Source: an uncultured Bacteroidia bacterium (GTDB lineage: Bacteria; Bacteroidota; Bacteroidia; Bacteroidales; CAJPTX01). From it: a DNA stretch of 64,000 nt. Made by a program: the position numbers and the translations under genes. The stretch spans positions 73,635 to 137,634 of the forward strand of contig CAUUMS010000004.1 of NCBI GenBank assembly GCA_963546395.1. The letters run 5' to 3'. Positions within the stretch are counted from its first letter, which is position 1. Every line of letters begins with the position of its first letter. The notes beneath the pieces were generated by a model, which saw only the letters and a program-made list of their open reading frames with translations, ran no database searches and had not been told where the DNA came from. Positions 39,062 to 49,075 of the stretch are shown here, one piece after another.

Positions 39062-40921
39062 TTAGGGCTCACGCCAGTCGCCATTCTCCTTGATGAGCGC
39101 AACCAGCTCATCGATGGCCTGCGACGAGGGGACATTGCGTTTTATCATCTGCTGCCCCTTGTAAAGCGTGATGCGACCAGGGCCCGCCCCAACGTAGCCG
39201 TAGTCGGCATCTGCCATCTCTCCCGGGCCATTGACAATGCACCCCATCACCCCAATGCGCAAGTGGCGTAGGTGCGCCGTCGCGCTACGTACCCTGGCGA
39301 GGGTATCCTGCAAGTCGAAGAGCGTGCGACCGCACCCTGGGCAGGCGATGAAATCAGCCCTCACCCTACGCAGCCTCGCCGCCTGCAAGACAGAGAAGCC
39401 CAGGCTACACAGGGCCCCTGATGGGACTCGCGAGCTCTGTAGCACGAGTCCCTCAGCCAGATTATCGAGGAGGGCAATGCCGCACTCCATCGAGAGGGCC
39501 ACTGGCAACTCCTCCTGGGTCGACTCCACAAGGCAGGTCTTATGGAGCAGGATAGGCAGCTCAACGCCCCACTCTACTAGACGGCTCACGGCCGCCCTGA
39601 TGCGCCCGAGGCCCATTCCAGCATCGGAGAGGATGAGCAGATTGACCGCAGCATCACGTAGGAGAGCGGGGGGCGTATTCGCATCGAGCAGGGCCTGGAC
39701 ATCTTGCCAGAGCAGGGTGGTGGATTCGTCCAGCGTCCTCCACAATGGCCCCCCAGCCCCGCAGGGCATGGCCACCCGGCCACGTAAGGTTCCGGGAAGC
39801 CGCTCGGGGTTACCCTCTGCGCAAAGGATAAGGTCAACAGCCGTATCACTCGCAACTAAGCCCTCATCACCCTTTGCAAACCCTAGGCCCTGGAGCTCTT
39901 GTGCATCCGTGAGCTCCTCGACGCTAGGCAAAAGGCAGGCCAACAGGCCCCCGCACTCCATCAGCGGGGAGGTGCCCCTATTCAGTCGGCGGCGCACGGG
40001 GGAGAGAGGGTCATACCCCAACGGAGGCTGATGATGCAGCTGGGGCTGCGCGTACCACGCCTGGGCTCGAGCTACAATCTGCCGGCAGACGGGCAGCTCG
40101 CACTCCGGCGCTTCGGTGAGCGAGACGCGGATCGTGTCCCCGATCCCATCAGCCAGCAGGGCCCCAATTCCCATGGCCGACTTTACGCGGCCGTCCTCGC
40201 CATCGCCAGCCTCGGTGACCCCGAGATGAATGGGATAGTCCCACCCCAGCTCATCCAGACGGGTCGCCAACAAGCGATTCGCAATGACCATGACCCTCGG
40301 GTCGCTCGCCTTCAGGGAGATGACTACATCATGAAAGTCATGTTCTCGAGCCAGTGTCAGCACCTCGAGCGCAGCCTGCACCATGCCCTCGGGGCCAGCC
40401 CCCCAGCGCGCCACAACGCGTGGAGCCAGGGAGCCATGGTTCACACCAATACGCACGGCCACACGTCTCTCGCCACAACGGGCGAAGAGCTTTGCGAGAC
40501 GTTGCCCCATGCTGTCGAGGGCGGCTTGATACTGCTCGTCGGTGGGTGCCTCGTGGGTGTCGGAGTAATTGCCCGGGTTGATCCGAATCTTGTCGGCTAC
40601 CCGCGCAGCCTCCAGGGCGACCTCTGAGCTGAAATGCACGTCGGCCACAATGGGGACATCGCAGCCCACCGCCCGCAGCCGGGACACCAGCTCCTGAAGA
40701 GCCCGAGCATCGGCCAACTGGGGCACGGTGACACGCACCAGCTGCGAGCCGACCTCCGCGAGGCTCAGAGCCTGCTGCACCGACTCCTCGACATCGGCAG
40801 CACGGGTGGTGGTCATGCTCTGCACGCAGATCGGGTGATCACCCCCGATGGGTACCGGCCCCACCCACACGGGGCGGGTGGGGCGACGGACTGGGTTGTA
40901 CGGATCTGTGAGAAATGACAT
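39062..40921 (-). CDS. ispG: 4-hydroxy-3-methylbut-2-en-1-yl diphosphate synthase (long, insert-containing form)
   Basis: RRPTRPVWVGPVPIGGDHPICVQSMTTT, ...RINPGN..., and C-terminal CPGCGRT / GCIVNGPGE 4Fe-4S motifs. At 619 aa it has the central insert seen in Bacteroidota/Chlamydia/plant-type IspG. Confidence 0.95.
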   Translation of the reverse strand: MSFLTDPYNPVRRPTRPVWVGPVPIGGDHPICVQSMTTTRAADVEESVQQALSLAEVGSQLVRVTVPQLADARALQELVSRLRAVGCDVPIVADVHFSSEVALEAARVADKIRINPGNYSDTHEAPTDEQYQAALDSMGQRLAKLFARCGERRVAVRIGVNHGSLAPRVVARWGAGPEGMVQAALEVLTLAREHDFHDVVISLKASDPRVMVIANRLLATRLDELGWDYPIHLGVTEAGDGEDGRVKSAMGIGALLADGIGDTIRVSLTEAPECELPVCRQIVARAQAWYAQPQLHHQPPLGYDPLSPVRRRLNRGTSPLMECGGLLACLLPSVEELTDAQELQGLGFAKGDEGLVASDTAVDLILCAEGNPERLPGTLRGRVAMPCGAGGPLWRTLDESTTLLWQDVQALLDANTPPALLRDAAVNLLILSDAGMGLGRIRAAVSRLVEWGVELPILLHKTCLVESTQEELPVALSMECGIALLDNLAEGLVLQSSRVPSGALCSLGFSVLQAARLRRVRADFIACPGCGRTLFDLQDTLARVRSATAHLRHLRIGVMGCIVNGPGEMADADYGYVGAGPGRITLYKGQQMIKRNVPSSQAIDELVALIKENGDWREP

Positions 40922-40958
40922 GGGCGTGGACTATACAAATGGTGCTCCCACGCGGGGG

Positions 40959-43115
40959 CTACTTCACCAGCGTCATCTCCTTTATCAGGTAGTCGGCCTG
41001 GGCATACTTGTCGATCATGAAGAGCACGTAGCGTATGTCGACGATGATGTTACGGCAACGCTGCGGATCGAACATCAGGTCGCTCATGGTGCCCTCCCAA
41101 ACCCTATCGAAGTTGAGGCCAATGAGCTCTCCTTTGGCATTGAGCGCAGGGCTACCCGAATTGCCCCCAGTGGTGTGGACGCTAGCCAGCAGGCAGGTGG
41201 GCACACTCCCGTTCACACCCCAACGACCATAATCCTTGGTTTCGTAGAGCTGCCGTAGGCGCTCGGGTACCACGTAATCGTGCGCTCCCGCGGCCACCTT
41301 CTCCATCACGCCATCGAGGGTGGTGAACGGCGTGTACTTCACGGCCTCACGGGCCTCGTAGCCCTGGACTGCCCCATAGGCCACACGGAGCGTAAAGTTC
41401 GCATCAGGATAGTACGTGGAGTCGGGGTTCATCTCCATGAGACCACGCACATAGTGCCGGTAGTGAGGCTCTAGGGCCCGCTGCAATTTGAGGTAGGGCT
41501 CACGCTGCAACTGGCGATACTCATCGGCCAAATGCGATACAGCCTGGTAGAGCTCATCGTCATCGATGGCGGTCGCCGTGCCGCTTTCCACTCCCGCACA
41601 GAATGCATCGAAGCGGGACTGTGATGTGAAGATGGACTGGGCCATCACCCGATCGACGAAGGCATCGATCGCTTGCGCATTGGGGAACAGGCGTGCCACG
41701 GTGGGCAACTGCTGCGCCTCGGGTACACGGGCGATATACGCACGGAGCATGCCCCGCATGAGATCCCTATCAACCCTCGGGGCATAGTCCTTGAAGAAGG
41801 CCTGTCCCGACTCTTTGAATTTGGCCACGTTATCCTTCGAGAGGCTCTTCTGCTCCTGGCTCTGGATGAAGGCCTTCTGACGAGTGGCAAAATTGAATGC
41901 TTCGATGCCCATGAGACCATTAGTGTAATAATCGATGGCCAGGGTCAACGGGGCCGTGCGCTTATACAGGCTCGCCATGCTGTCGAGCAGGGTGCCATAG
42001 AGAGCTTTGCGGGCTTTTGGGCCCTTCGCGACCCAGGCCCGGAATGCGTCCTCCTGCTGACGCTTACGCTCTACCGCATTCAGCCGCCGCAAACCAGATG
42101 CCTCGCCCTGCCACTTCTTCCACGCATTGGCAACTGAGGCGTGCTTGCTGGCGTACTGGATCCGGATCGTATCATTGGTCTCCATGTATCGCCCCATGGT
42201 GGCAAGACGCTCGCTGCGCAAGGCTACCTTACGGGGGTTCGAATGCGCCATGACCTCCTCCACGGCCTGCGATACGACGTAACGCTGCGTTGAGCCAGGA
42301 TAGCCAAAGACCATGACAAAGTCGTCCTCGGCGAGGCCGGCTGTGGAGATGCGGAAATAATTCTTCGCCCGCAATGGGACGTTACGCGGGGAGTACTGGG
42401 CTGGCTGGTTGGCTGAGTCGGCATAGACACGCAGCAGGGTGAAATCGCCCGTGTGGCGAGGCCACATCCAGTTGTCGGTGTCGCCGCCAAACTTCCCGAC
42501 CGCCGAGGGGGGTGCCACCACTAGTCGCACATCGCGATAGGTCTTGTAGGCGAAGAGGAAATACTGATTCCCGTAGAACAGGGGCTCGACTTCGTAGTTG
42601 AGGCTGCTATCCTTGGCCTTGAGATCGGCTATCAGCTTCTCGGTGTTGAGCTTCACATTTTTCGCCCGCACGGAATCAGCCACCTTGGTCGAAATGTCCT
42701 TGAGGACGGCCTTAGTGACATCTTCCATGTACTCGAGGAAGCTCACGGACAGACCCTTGCAGGGGAGCTCCTCGTCACGATTGGAGGCGCTATAGCCATG
42801 CGTCAGGTAATCGTGCGAGACGGAGGAGAGCGATTGGATGTTTGAATAGGCACAGTGGTGATTGGTCAAGAGCAGGCCCTCGGGGGAGACGATACCCCCG
42901 GTGCATCCCCCGCCAAAGATCACCACCGCATCTTTCAGGCAGGCCCGGTTGACACTATAGATATCCTCGGCAGACAGCTTGAAGCCCTTCTGCTGCATTG
43001 CCTTTATGTTGAGCTGCTTAACTAGCAACGGCAGCCACATTCCCTCATCGGCTCGCGCACCTGGCAGGAAAAACAGGGTAACCAGTGCAAGCACTATCAA
43101 AGACCTCGCCTTCAT
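40959..43115 (-). CDS. Dipeptidyl-peptidase, S46 family (DPP7/DPP11-like)
   Basis: Signal peptide followed by ADEGMWLP. Catalytic motifs TNHHCA (His) and TTGGNSGSPALNAKGELIGLNFD (Ser). 718 aa, typical S46 size. Confidence 0.9.
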   Translation of the reverse strand: MKARSLIVLALVTLFFLPGARADEGMWLPLLVKQLNIKAMQQKGFKLSAEDIYSVNRACLKDAVVIFGGGCTGGIVSPEGLLLTNHHCAYSNIQSLSSVSHDYLTHGYSASNRDEELPCKGLSVSFLEYMEDVTKAVLKDISTKVADSVRAKNVKLNTEKLIADLKAKDSSLNYEVEPLFYGNQYFLFAYKTYRDVRLVVAPPSAVGKFGGDTDNWMWPRHTGDFTLLRVYADSANQPAQYSPRNVPLRAKNYFRISTAGLAEDDFVMVFGYPGSTQRYVVSQAVEEVMAHSNPRKVALRSERLATMGRYMETNDTIRIQYASKHASVANAWKKWQGEASGLRRLNAVERKRQQEDAFRAWVAKGPKARKALYGTLLDSMASLYKRTAPLTLAIDYYTNGLMGIEAFNFATRQKAFIQSQEQKSLSKDNVAKFKESGQAFFKDYAPRVDRDLMRGMLRAYIARVPEAQQLPTVARLFPNAQAIDAFVDRVMAQSIFTSQSRFDAFCAGVESGTATAIDDDELYQAVSHLADEYRQLQREPYLKLQRALEPHYRHYVRGLMEMNPDSTYYPDANFTLRVAYGAVQGYEAREAVKYTPFTTLDGVMEKVAAGAHDYVVPERLRQLYETKDYGRWGVNGSVPTCLLASVHTTGGNSGSPALNAKGELIGLNFDRVWEGTMSDLMFDPQRCRNIIVDIRYVLFMIDKYAQADYLIKEMTLVK

Positions 43116-43210
43116 CGTCCTGTAACATTGATTAGAAACGAATAGAACCCCGCCCGGACACCATGGTGGGTACCCTTTGGCGAGGTTCTATACTCACTCG
43201 TGGGGAGCTA

Positions 43211-44419
43211 CTACTTCAGCCCCATCTTCTTAGCTATCGCAGCCGGGATACCATTCTTGTTCACCATGATATCCATCGTCTTGTAGCGGACGAACGATTC
43301 GGAGGCGTAGAAATAGCCGCCATACACGCCGTCTGCCGTCCAGCTATTCTTGACCTTGTAGTATTTGGTGCCGTTCTGATCCTTGGCAATACCCATGATG
43401 ACCATGCCGTGGTCATCGGTGGTCTCCCAATTGTCGAAGGCCTTTTGGCGCATCTCCTGGGTGATCTGCTGCTCGGGCACAGGGCTCTTGATGTCGCGCA
43501 CCATCTTCTGACGCTCTTCCTTCGTCATCGTGCTCCATTTCAATTTCTCGGAGTCGGCCAGCTCAGCCGTAGGCTTAACGGGGATCACTGCCACCCCATT
43601 GTTGTACTTGAAGCCCTGCTCGCTCACATCGCTCCCCCAGCCCACGGGGTAACCGTGCTCTAGCGAGTAGTCGATAATGGCCATCATCTCATCGAGCGGT
43701 ACATTCATGTCTTCACCGCGAGCCCAGTTGTCGGGGATCTCGATGATGAATGGCTTATAGAATGGGTGGTGCGTGAAGGAGGTGATGAAGGCGTAATCGT
43801 CCAGGTTGAGCCCCAGGCTCTCCATATAGCTCTTGGGAGTGTACTCCTTGCCACCCTCCTTAAACTTGGTGGGCAGCGGGCCGAGGTAGGCATCGAGTAT
43901 GCCATCGAAGCCCTTTAGCCACGCCGTAGATAGCCGGCGGTTCTTATTCTTGATCACTGCATCCACATAGGCTCTCGTTAGCGCATCGAGCTCACCATGC
44001 ACGTGGTTCTCTTCCCCGTACTGCAAACCCGTGTACACGGACTCAGGCACAATGCCATCGCGCTTGAGGACATTGATCACGTCCTTGAACGAGCCGCCAC
44101 CGGCGAATTCTACCGTGCCATGGTAGCGCACATAGCTCACGGCCTTGTCATGGTAGGCATTGCGGACGATGAACTGTTCCGACAAATCAACCTCTCCCTT
44201 TCCCATGCGCAGCAGCTCGGACTCGAAGAAGCCGAGCCCGGAATAGCTCCAGCATGTCCCCGCCCGGTTCTGATCCTTCACCGGCGTACAGGGGAGCGAT
44301 ATGACATCAGTAAACTTAAATCCTTCCTCTTTAGGCTCCTCTTTCTCCTGCGCTAACAGCGTAAGGGGCAACGCCAGCAGCATGGTTAAGAATAGTCGTC
44401 CAGCGAATCGTATACCCAT
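43211..44419 (-). CDS. pepC: Aminopeptidase C / bleomycin-hydrolase-like cysteine peptidase (C1B) with signal peptide
   Basis: Active-site Cys motif DQNRAGTCWSYSGLGFFESE. C-terminal ...DHGMVIMGIAKDQNGTKYYKVKNSWT (His/Asn region). Confidence 0.85.
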   Translation of the reverse strand: MGIRFAGRLFLTMLLALPLTLLAQEKEEPKEEGFKFTDVISLPCTPVKDQNRAGTCWSYSGLGFFESELLRMGKGEVDLSEQFIVRNAYHDKAVSYVRYHGTVEFAGGGSFKDVINVLKRDGIVPESVYTGLQYGEENHVHGELDALTRAYVDAVIKNKNRRLSTAWLKGFDGILDAYLGPLPTKFKEGGKEYTPKSYMESLGLNLDDYAFITSFTHHPFYKPFIIEIPDNWARGEDMNVPLDEMMAIIDYSLEHGYPVGWGSDVSEQGFKYNNGVAVIPVKPTAELADSEKLKWSTMTKEERQKMVRDIKSPVPEQQITQEMRQKAFDNWETTDDHGMVIMGIAKDQNGTKYYKVKNSWTADGVYGGYFYASESFVRYKTMDIMVNKNGIPAAIAKKMGLK

Positions 44420-44467
44420 TGCGTGATTCCGTTATTCGGTGAAATAAAAAGTTCAACACCCTGTCCG

Positions 44468-44475
44468 CAAAGGTA
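44468..44475 (-). promoter_or_regulatory. Candidate -7 box (TACCTTTG) for pepC
   Basis: TAnnTTTG match in the correct orientation, 49 nt upstream of the ATG at 44419. Confidence 0.4.
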
Positions 44476-44585
44476 GCACAAATCTTCACCACGTAGCCAC
44501 ACCACTGGCCACAGATGCCGCAGCATCCGTCCGGTAAGGGAGCCGTAAAGGCGTAAGGATTGGCCTCGCTAGGCGCTGATGGGAT

Positions 44586-45728
44586 CTAGGATAGGGGGTG
44601 GTAGAGAGAGTCTCGCTCTACGGGTATGAAGCCCGCATCCCGCACTATTTGCTCGAGCTCCTCCACGGTGGCTGAGGGCTTTTGCTCCTCGGCACCAGCC
44701 ATGCTGTAGATCTTGGTGCTATTGCCGATGGTACCATCCAGATCATCGGCACCAAAGGCCAGGGCCAACGGGATATGCGCCTTGCCAAGCATGGGCCAAT
44801 AGGCCTTGAGATGCTGAATATTATCGAGCAAAATGCGGCTCACGGCGAACGTGCGTAGCACCTCGGCCATTGTCACCTCACCACGTAGGCCGAGCGCATT
44901 CCCAGCAGCCCTAAACTTCAACGGGATAAAGCAATTGAAACCACCGGTCTCGTCCTGTAGGGCACGCAGTCGCAGCAGATGGTCGACCCGATCGGCCAGG
45001 GACTCCACGTGACCGAAGAGCATGGTGGCATTCGAGCATAGCCCCAGCTTATGCGCAGCACGATGGACGGATAGCCAGTCGTCTGCCGAGCCCTTTTCGG
45101 GGCATATCCGTTGCCGCACATCCTCGGCAAAGATCTCGGCCCCACCGCCAGGTAGGGAGCCCAAGCCAGCCTGTTGCAATCGGCCCAAGCCTGCGAATAT
45201 CGAAACCCCAGCCTGCGTAAAGAATGGGAGTAATTCAATAGCAGAAAAGGCCTTGACATGCAAGCGAGGCGCTACCTCACGCACGCTCTTCACCACATGC
45301 TCAAGGTCGGACAGAGTCCAGTCGGGGTGCACACCGCCCGTGATATGAATCTCTGTGCAGCCTTCGTCTTGGAGTGCCTTCGCCCGCTGCAAGATTTCAT
45401 CTAGCGTGAGAGTCCACACCCCATCCTGCCCATGCTCCTTACGGAAGGAGCAGAAAGCACAGCGGAATATGCAACGATTCGTGGGCTCTACGTGCCCATT
45501 CCGATTGTAGTAGGCCTGCAATCCATTCTTACGGATGCGAACCCAGCTGGCCATAGTGGCGAGGAGTGCCAGATTGGGCTCAGCAAATAGGGCCCTACCA
45601 TCGTCCTCATTCAGTCGCTCCCCCGCTAGCAAGTGCTCTGCAGCTTGCACAGTCTGACTCCCGCAGTGCGAGAGTGCGTTGCGCACCAGCTGGGCCTTAC
45701 GCTCTAGGAGCTCGCCAATGTTGCCCAC
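44586..45728 (-). CDS. Radical-SAM enzyme of the CofH/MqnC/MqnE family (futalosine-route menaquinone biosynthesis candidate)
   Basis: EPTNRCIFRCAFCSF (CxxxCxxC), ...GCTEIHITGGVHPDW..., ...GLGSLPGGGAEIF..., ~380 aa. I cannot tell MqnC from MqnE by eye. The start codon is GTG, the only start available. Confidence 0.7.
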   Translation of the reverse strand: MGNIGELLERKAQLVRNALSHCGSQTVQAAEHLLAGERLNEDDGRALFAEPNLALLATMASWVRIRKNGLQAYYNRNGHVEPTNRCIFRCAFCSFRKEHGQDGVWTLTLDEILQRAKALQDEGCTEIHITGGVHPDWTLSDLEHVVKSVREVAPRLHVKAFSAIELLPFFTQAGVSIFAGLGRLQQAGLGSLPGGGAEIFAEDVRQRICPEKGSADDWLSVHRAAHKLGLCSNATMLFGHVESLADRVDHLLRLRALQDETGGFNCFIPLKFRAAGNALGLRGEVTMAEVLRTFAVSRILLDNIQHLKAYWPMLGKAHIPLALAFGADDLDGTIGNSTKIYSMAGAEEQKPSATVEELEQIVRDAGFIPVERDSLYHPLS

Positions 45729-45781
45729 GGAGATTCAGCGCATCTTAATTCGGCAGGAGCACAAAGGGCTAGCAATCCCTT

Positions 45782-47917
45782 TTAGAAGCTTTCGTAATCC
45801 GCATCGCTATCCGTGCCCGTAGACATATCCAGCTGTACACCGCCGCTCTTCGTGGGCCGTGCCACAGGCTCTGGCTCCACTACTGGGGATGGGACGACTG
45901 GCTGCGCAGCAGGTGCCTCCACCCTCGGAGGTGCTACCGTTGACACAGGAGCCTCGGGCTCCCTCCGAGTCACATGGGTCTGTGCAGTGGCTACTCCAGG
46001 CCGGGGCCCTGACTTCTCAGCGGGGATAGGTGCTACCCTCTCAGTGCTATGGATTGGCCGACTGGGGGCTGACACCATAGGCAAACCACTAGGTGCACTC
46101 GGCTTCACCGGCGTGATAGGACGTACATTCGTAGTAGGCCTTGAGACATGCAATGAGGATGCACCCTGGAGGACGGGAGCCTCTGTCTGATCAATCTTAA
46201 ACAGATTGGCCAGCTTGCCAATCTCTGCTGCCAGAATATCGAGCTGATTGGCACTGTCTGCCAGCGTGGCACTCGAGGCTGCATTGGCCTGCGACACGCT
46301 GCTAAGCTGCTGCACGGCCCTATTGACCTGCTCTGCGCCATTACGCTGCTCGAGGCTAGCCACGGCGACCTCACGCGAGAGGCTGGCACTATTGCGCACA
46401 TTCGGGGCAATCTCGTCGAGGGCTGCATTCACGCTATCCGCAGTGCGCACCGCAGACCCTACTAGCGATATGACCTCATCGGCTGCACCGCCACTTCGCT
46501 CGGCCAGCTTACGTACCTCAGAGGCAACCACAGCAAATCCACGTCCGTGCTCTCCAGCCCGGGCGGCCTCCACTGCCGCATTGAGGGCCAGAATATTAGT
46601 CTGATTAGCAATGTCGCTTACCACGCCTATCTTAGATGCGATCTCCTGCACGGCCTCCCGATTCTGGCGCACATGCTCTAGCAAGCCCTCAAGGATATTC
46701 GACACGCTCTGCGACATCTTCTCCGACTGCTGCGCATTGTCCGCATTCTGATCGATGTTGGCGGCCATTTGCTCCATGGCACTCGACACCTGCTCTGTTG
46801 ACGAGGCCTGCGATGAGGCTCCCTCGGCGATCTGGCGACTCGCCTCGCCCATCTTCTTGCTCACAGACTGAAGCTCGCCTGAAGTCTTATGCAGGGCCGT
46901 TACAAGCTCCACCATCTTACCCCGCAATGCCTCGGAGGCCCGTACTATCTTACCCGCCTCATCCGCACGCTCCTTGTCTACCTGTATCAGGTGATTTGTC
47001 TCTCGCAAATTACCGTCGCGCATTGCAGCCATTGAGGCCTCAGTACGGCTAAATACCCCAACCAGAGCACCCGACGCACGGTAGGTGAGCACTCCAAGGA
47101 AGAGGAATACCAGTATTGCGCTCACGAGTAGAGCTCGACTACGTGACTTGCCATACGCCGTCATCTCCTTCTCTATCACCTTGTAATAGCTCCGCAGGGA
47201 TGCACAGAAAGCCGCTGAGGACTCATCGTACGTCTGCTGTAAGCCCTCCTGCACACGCTCCTTTGACACCAAGTCTTCCATCCGGCCCAGCACGTCACGC
47301 AACGCACCGCCCTCCTCTACCAGCTCACCAGCAGCCTTTGCCAGCATATCCTTAGAAGCCTCGAGCCTCGGCACCTCATCCGACTCGACGTGCTTGGCAA
47401 AAGCCAGTGCAGACTCCAGCAACAGGCGCATAAGATCGCGGGATATCCCCTCCGAGACAGAGGCCTTCGAGGCCAAAGCTTGCAGATCGTTACGCACGCT
47501 CGTCTGCACCGCATAAAGCTCCTTCTCGCTCTCAAGCAGGGAGTGGGCCGCCTGCCGTAATTCAGCCCTCAGGTTCGCCACCCGTTGCGCAGCCTCGAAG
47601 ATGGAGCGTTCGGCATGTTGCACCGGTGCAAGCATATCCTGCTCTCGGCCGCTCTCGTCCACATTGCCGATGCGGCTATCCACCCTGGCAATGAGCGATT
47701 CGTCATGCGTGCGGAAGAAGCTCTCTACGTCGGCGTAGGCGTGATGCACCATATCGCTGGATTGGCTCACCTCCGAGTATATGGGGAGGAAGGTGGCCAC
47801 CTGTAGATGGCTGTACACGCCCACCGACATTATAACCAGAAATGCCACAAAGGCCAGTACATTGAGCAGCAGCAGCTTCACCCGAATGCTCGTCGTTGCC
47901 ATGCGATGCAAATCCAT
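45782..47917 (-). CDS. Methyl-accepting chemotaxis protein with long Pro-rich C-terminal tether ending DYESF
   Basis: TM - ~250-aa helical sensor - TM - HAMP-like - signalling domain with tip [41 protein letters not shown], followed by a 136-aa low-complexity tail. Confidence 0.88.
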   Translation of the reverse strand: MDLHRMATTSIRVKLLLLNVLAFVAFLVIMSVGVYSHLQVATFLPIYSEVSQSSDMVHHAYADVESFFRTHDESLIARVDSRIGNVDESGREQDMLAPVQHAERSIFEAAQRVANLRAELRQAAHSLLESEKELYAVQTSVRNDLQALASKASVSEGISRDLMRLLLESALAFAKHVESDEVPRLEASKDMLAKAAGELVEEGGALRDVLGRMEDLVSKERVQEGLQQTYDESSAAFCASLRSYYKVIEKEMTAYGKSRSRALLVSAILVFLFLGVLTYRASGALVGVFSRTEASMAAMRDGNLRETNHLIQVDKERADEAGKIVRASEALRGKMVELVTALHKTSGELQSVSKKMGEASRQIAEGASSQASSTEQVSSAMEQMAANIDQNADNAQQSEKMSQSVSNILEGLLEHVRQNREAVQEIASKIGVVSDIANQTNILALNAAVEAARAGEHGRGFAVVASEVRKLAERSGGAADEVISLVGSAVRTADSVNAALDEIAPNVRNSASLSREVAVASLEQRNGAEQVNRAVQQLSSVSQANAASSATLADSANQLDILAAEIGKLANLFKIDQTEAPVLQGASSLHVSRPTTNVRPITPVKPSAPSGLPMVSAPSRPIHSTERVAPIPAEKSGPRPGVATAQTHVTRREPEAPVSTVAPPRVEAPAAQPVVPSPVVEPEPVARPTKSGGVQLDMSTGTDSDADYESF
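45785..46192 (-). other. Low-complexity Pro/Ser/Val-rich tether plus C-terminal pentapeptide DYESF (codons 45785..45799)
   Basis: [46 protein letters not shown]...[46 protein letters not shown]. The codons were verified base by base against the sequence. Confidence 0.8.
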
Positions 47918-48049
47918 TGAGTCTCCTCCTCTTTTGGTAGCGTGCGATGCGCACCTAGAAATTATCCCCTACATCCGAATCCAGAATACAATACGTTGTG
48001 GCCAATATGATTGTTCTCCTAATTCTTTGGTTGTCAATTTCAGTAGTGC

Positions 48050-49075
48050 CTACGTGCTTTTTTCAGTGGTCAAAAAGGTTTTACGCCCAAGTACAAAGTA
48101 GTCCCACACGAGCAATCGATGCCCAAGCGGTGCGCTGAACGAAGTACTAGAATGCCACTCCCGCAGGGTACGCCAGAATTCCACGTGAGCCCGTAACACG
48201 GCCCGCGCAGCATCGGTACGTCCCTGGAGCAGGTACATCATGGCTGACAGGCCGTCGAGGCATAGGCGCAACGGCAGCAATAGGATTCCTCGCCCTCGAC
48301 TCCAATTGCGACGTAGCATCCAGAGGCTGTTACGATAATTCAGATACAGCTTGCGGGGGCTATCGTTGGGCAAGGCCCCACCCCCGACGTGGTACACGGA
48401 GGCCGATGGCTCCACCCAGACCTGCCCTCCCAGGCTACGCATACGCCAGCAGAGGTCTATCTCCTCCATGTGAGCAAAGAAGCGTCCCTCCAGTCCTCCC
48501 GCTTGCCAATATGCCTCAGCCCTCACCGCCAGGCAAGCACCGCTAGCCCAGTGCACCTGGCGCGCATCATCATACTGCCCGCAATCCTGCTCCACGGTGG
48601 CAAGCATACGCCCCCGGCAGTACGGATACCCCAGCATGTCGAGATACCCTCCGCAAGCCCCAGCATACTCAAAGAAGTCACGGCGATGCCACGACCGGAT
48701 CTTGGGCATCACAGCCCACACCTGCTCCGAGCTACGTAACCTGGCAACGAGTGGTGCCAGCCAGCCCTCGGTTACCTCAACGTCGCTGTTGAGCAGAATG
48801 TAAATGTCACTGGATAAGGTCTCACGCACCCACTTCAGGGCCCGATTATACCCCTCGGCAAAGCCCCAATTCTGCGTAAAAGCTACCGTCTTCACTCCTG
48901 GGCACTCTGCATGGATGTAGTCCAGCGAGCCGTCTTCCGAGCCATTGTCAGCCACCACCACCTCAGCCAATCCGGCCGTGCAACGGCATACCCCAGGTAA
49001 AAACTGGCGGAGGAACTTCAGCCCATTCCAGTTGAGTATCACGACGGCCACGCCGCCCTCCTTAGCCCTGTCCAT
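48050..49075 (-). CDS. Glycosyltransferase family 2
   Basis: Start taken at the internal ATG (MDRAKEGGVAVVILNWNGLKFLRQFL...VVVADNGSEDGS...LLNSDVEV). The 45-codon 5' extension in the track overlaps the upstream gene. The start overlaps the upstream stop by 14 nt. Confidence 0.78.
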   Translation of the reverse strand: MDRAKEGGVAVVILNWNGLKFLRQFLPGVCRCTAGLAEVVVADNGSEDGSLDYIHAECPGVKTVAFTQNWGFAEGYNRALKWVRETLSSDIYILLNSDVEVTEGWLAPLVARLRSSEQVWAVMPKIRSWHRRDFFEYAGACGGYLDMLGYPYCRGRMLATVEQDCGQYDDARQVHWASGACLAVRAEAYWQAGGLEGRFFAHMEEIDLCWRMRSLGGQVWVEPSASVYHVGGGALPNDSPRKLYLNYRNSLWMLRRNWSRGRGILLLPLRLCLDGLSAMMYLLQGRTDAARAVLRAHVEFWRTLREWHSSTSFSAPLGHRLLVWDYFVLGRKTFLTTEKST

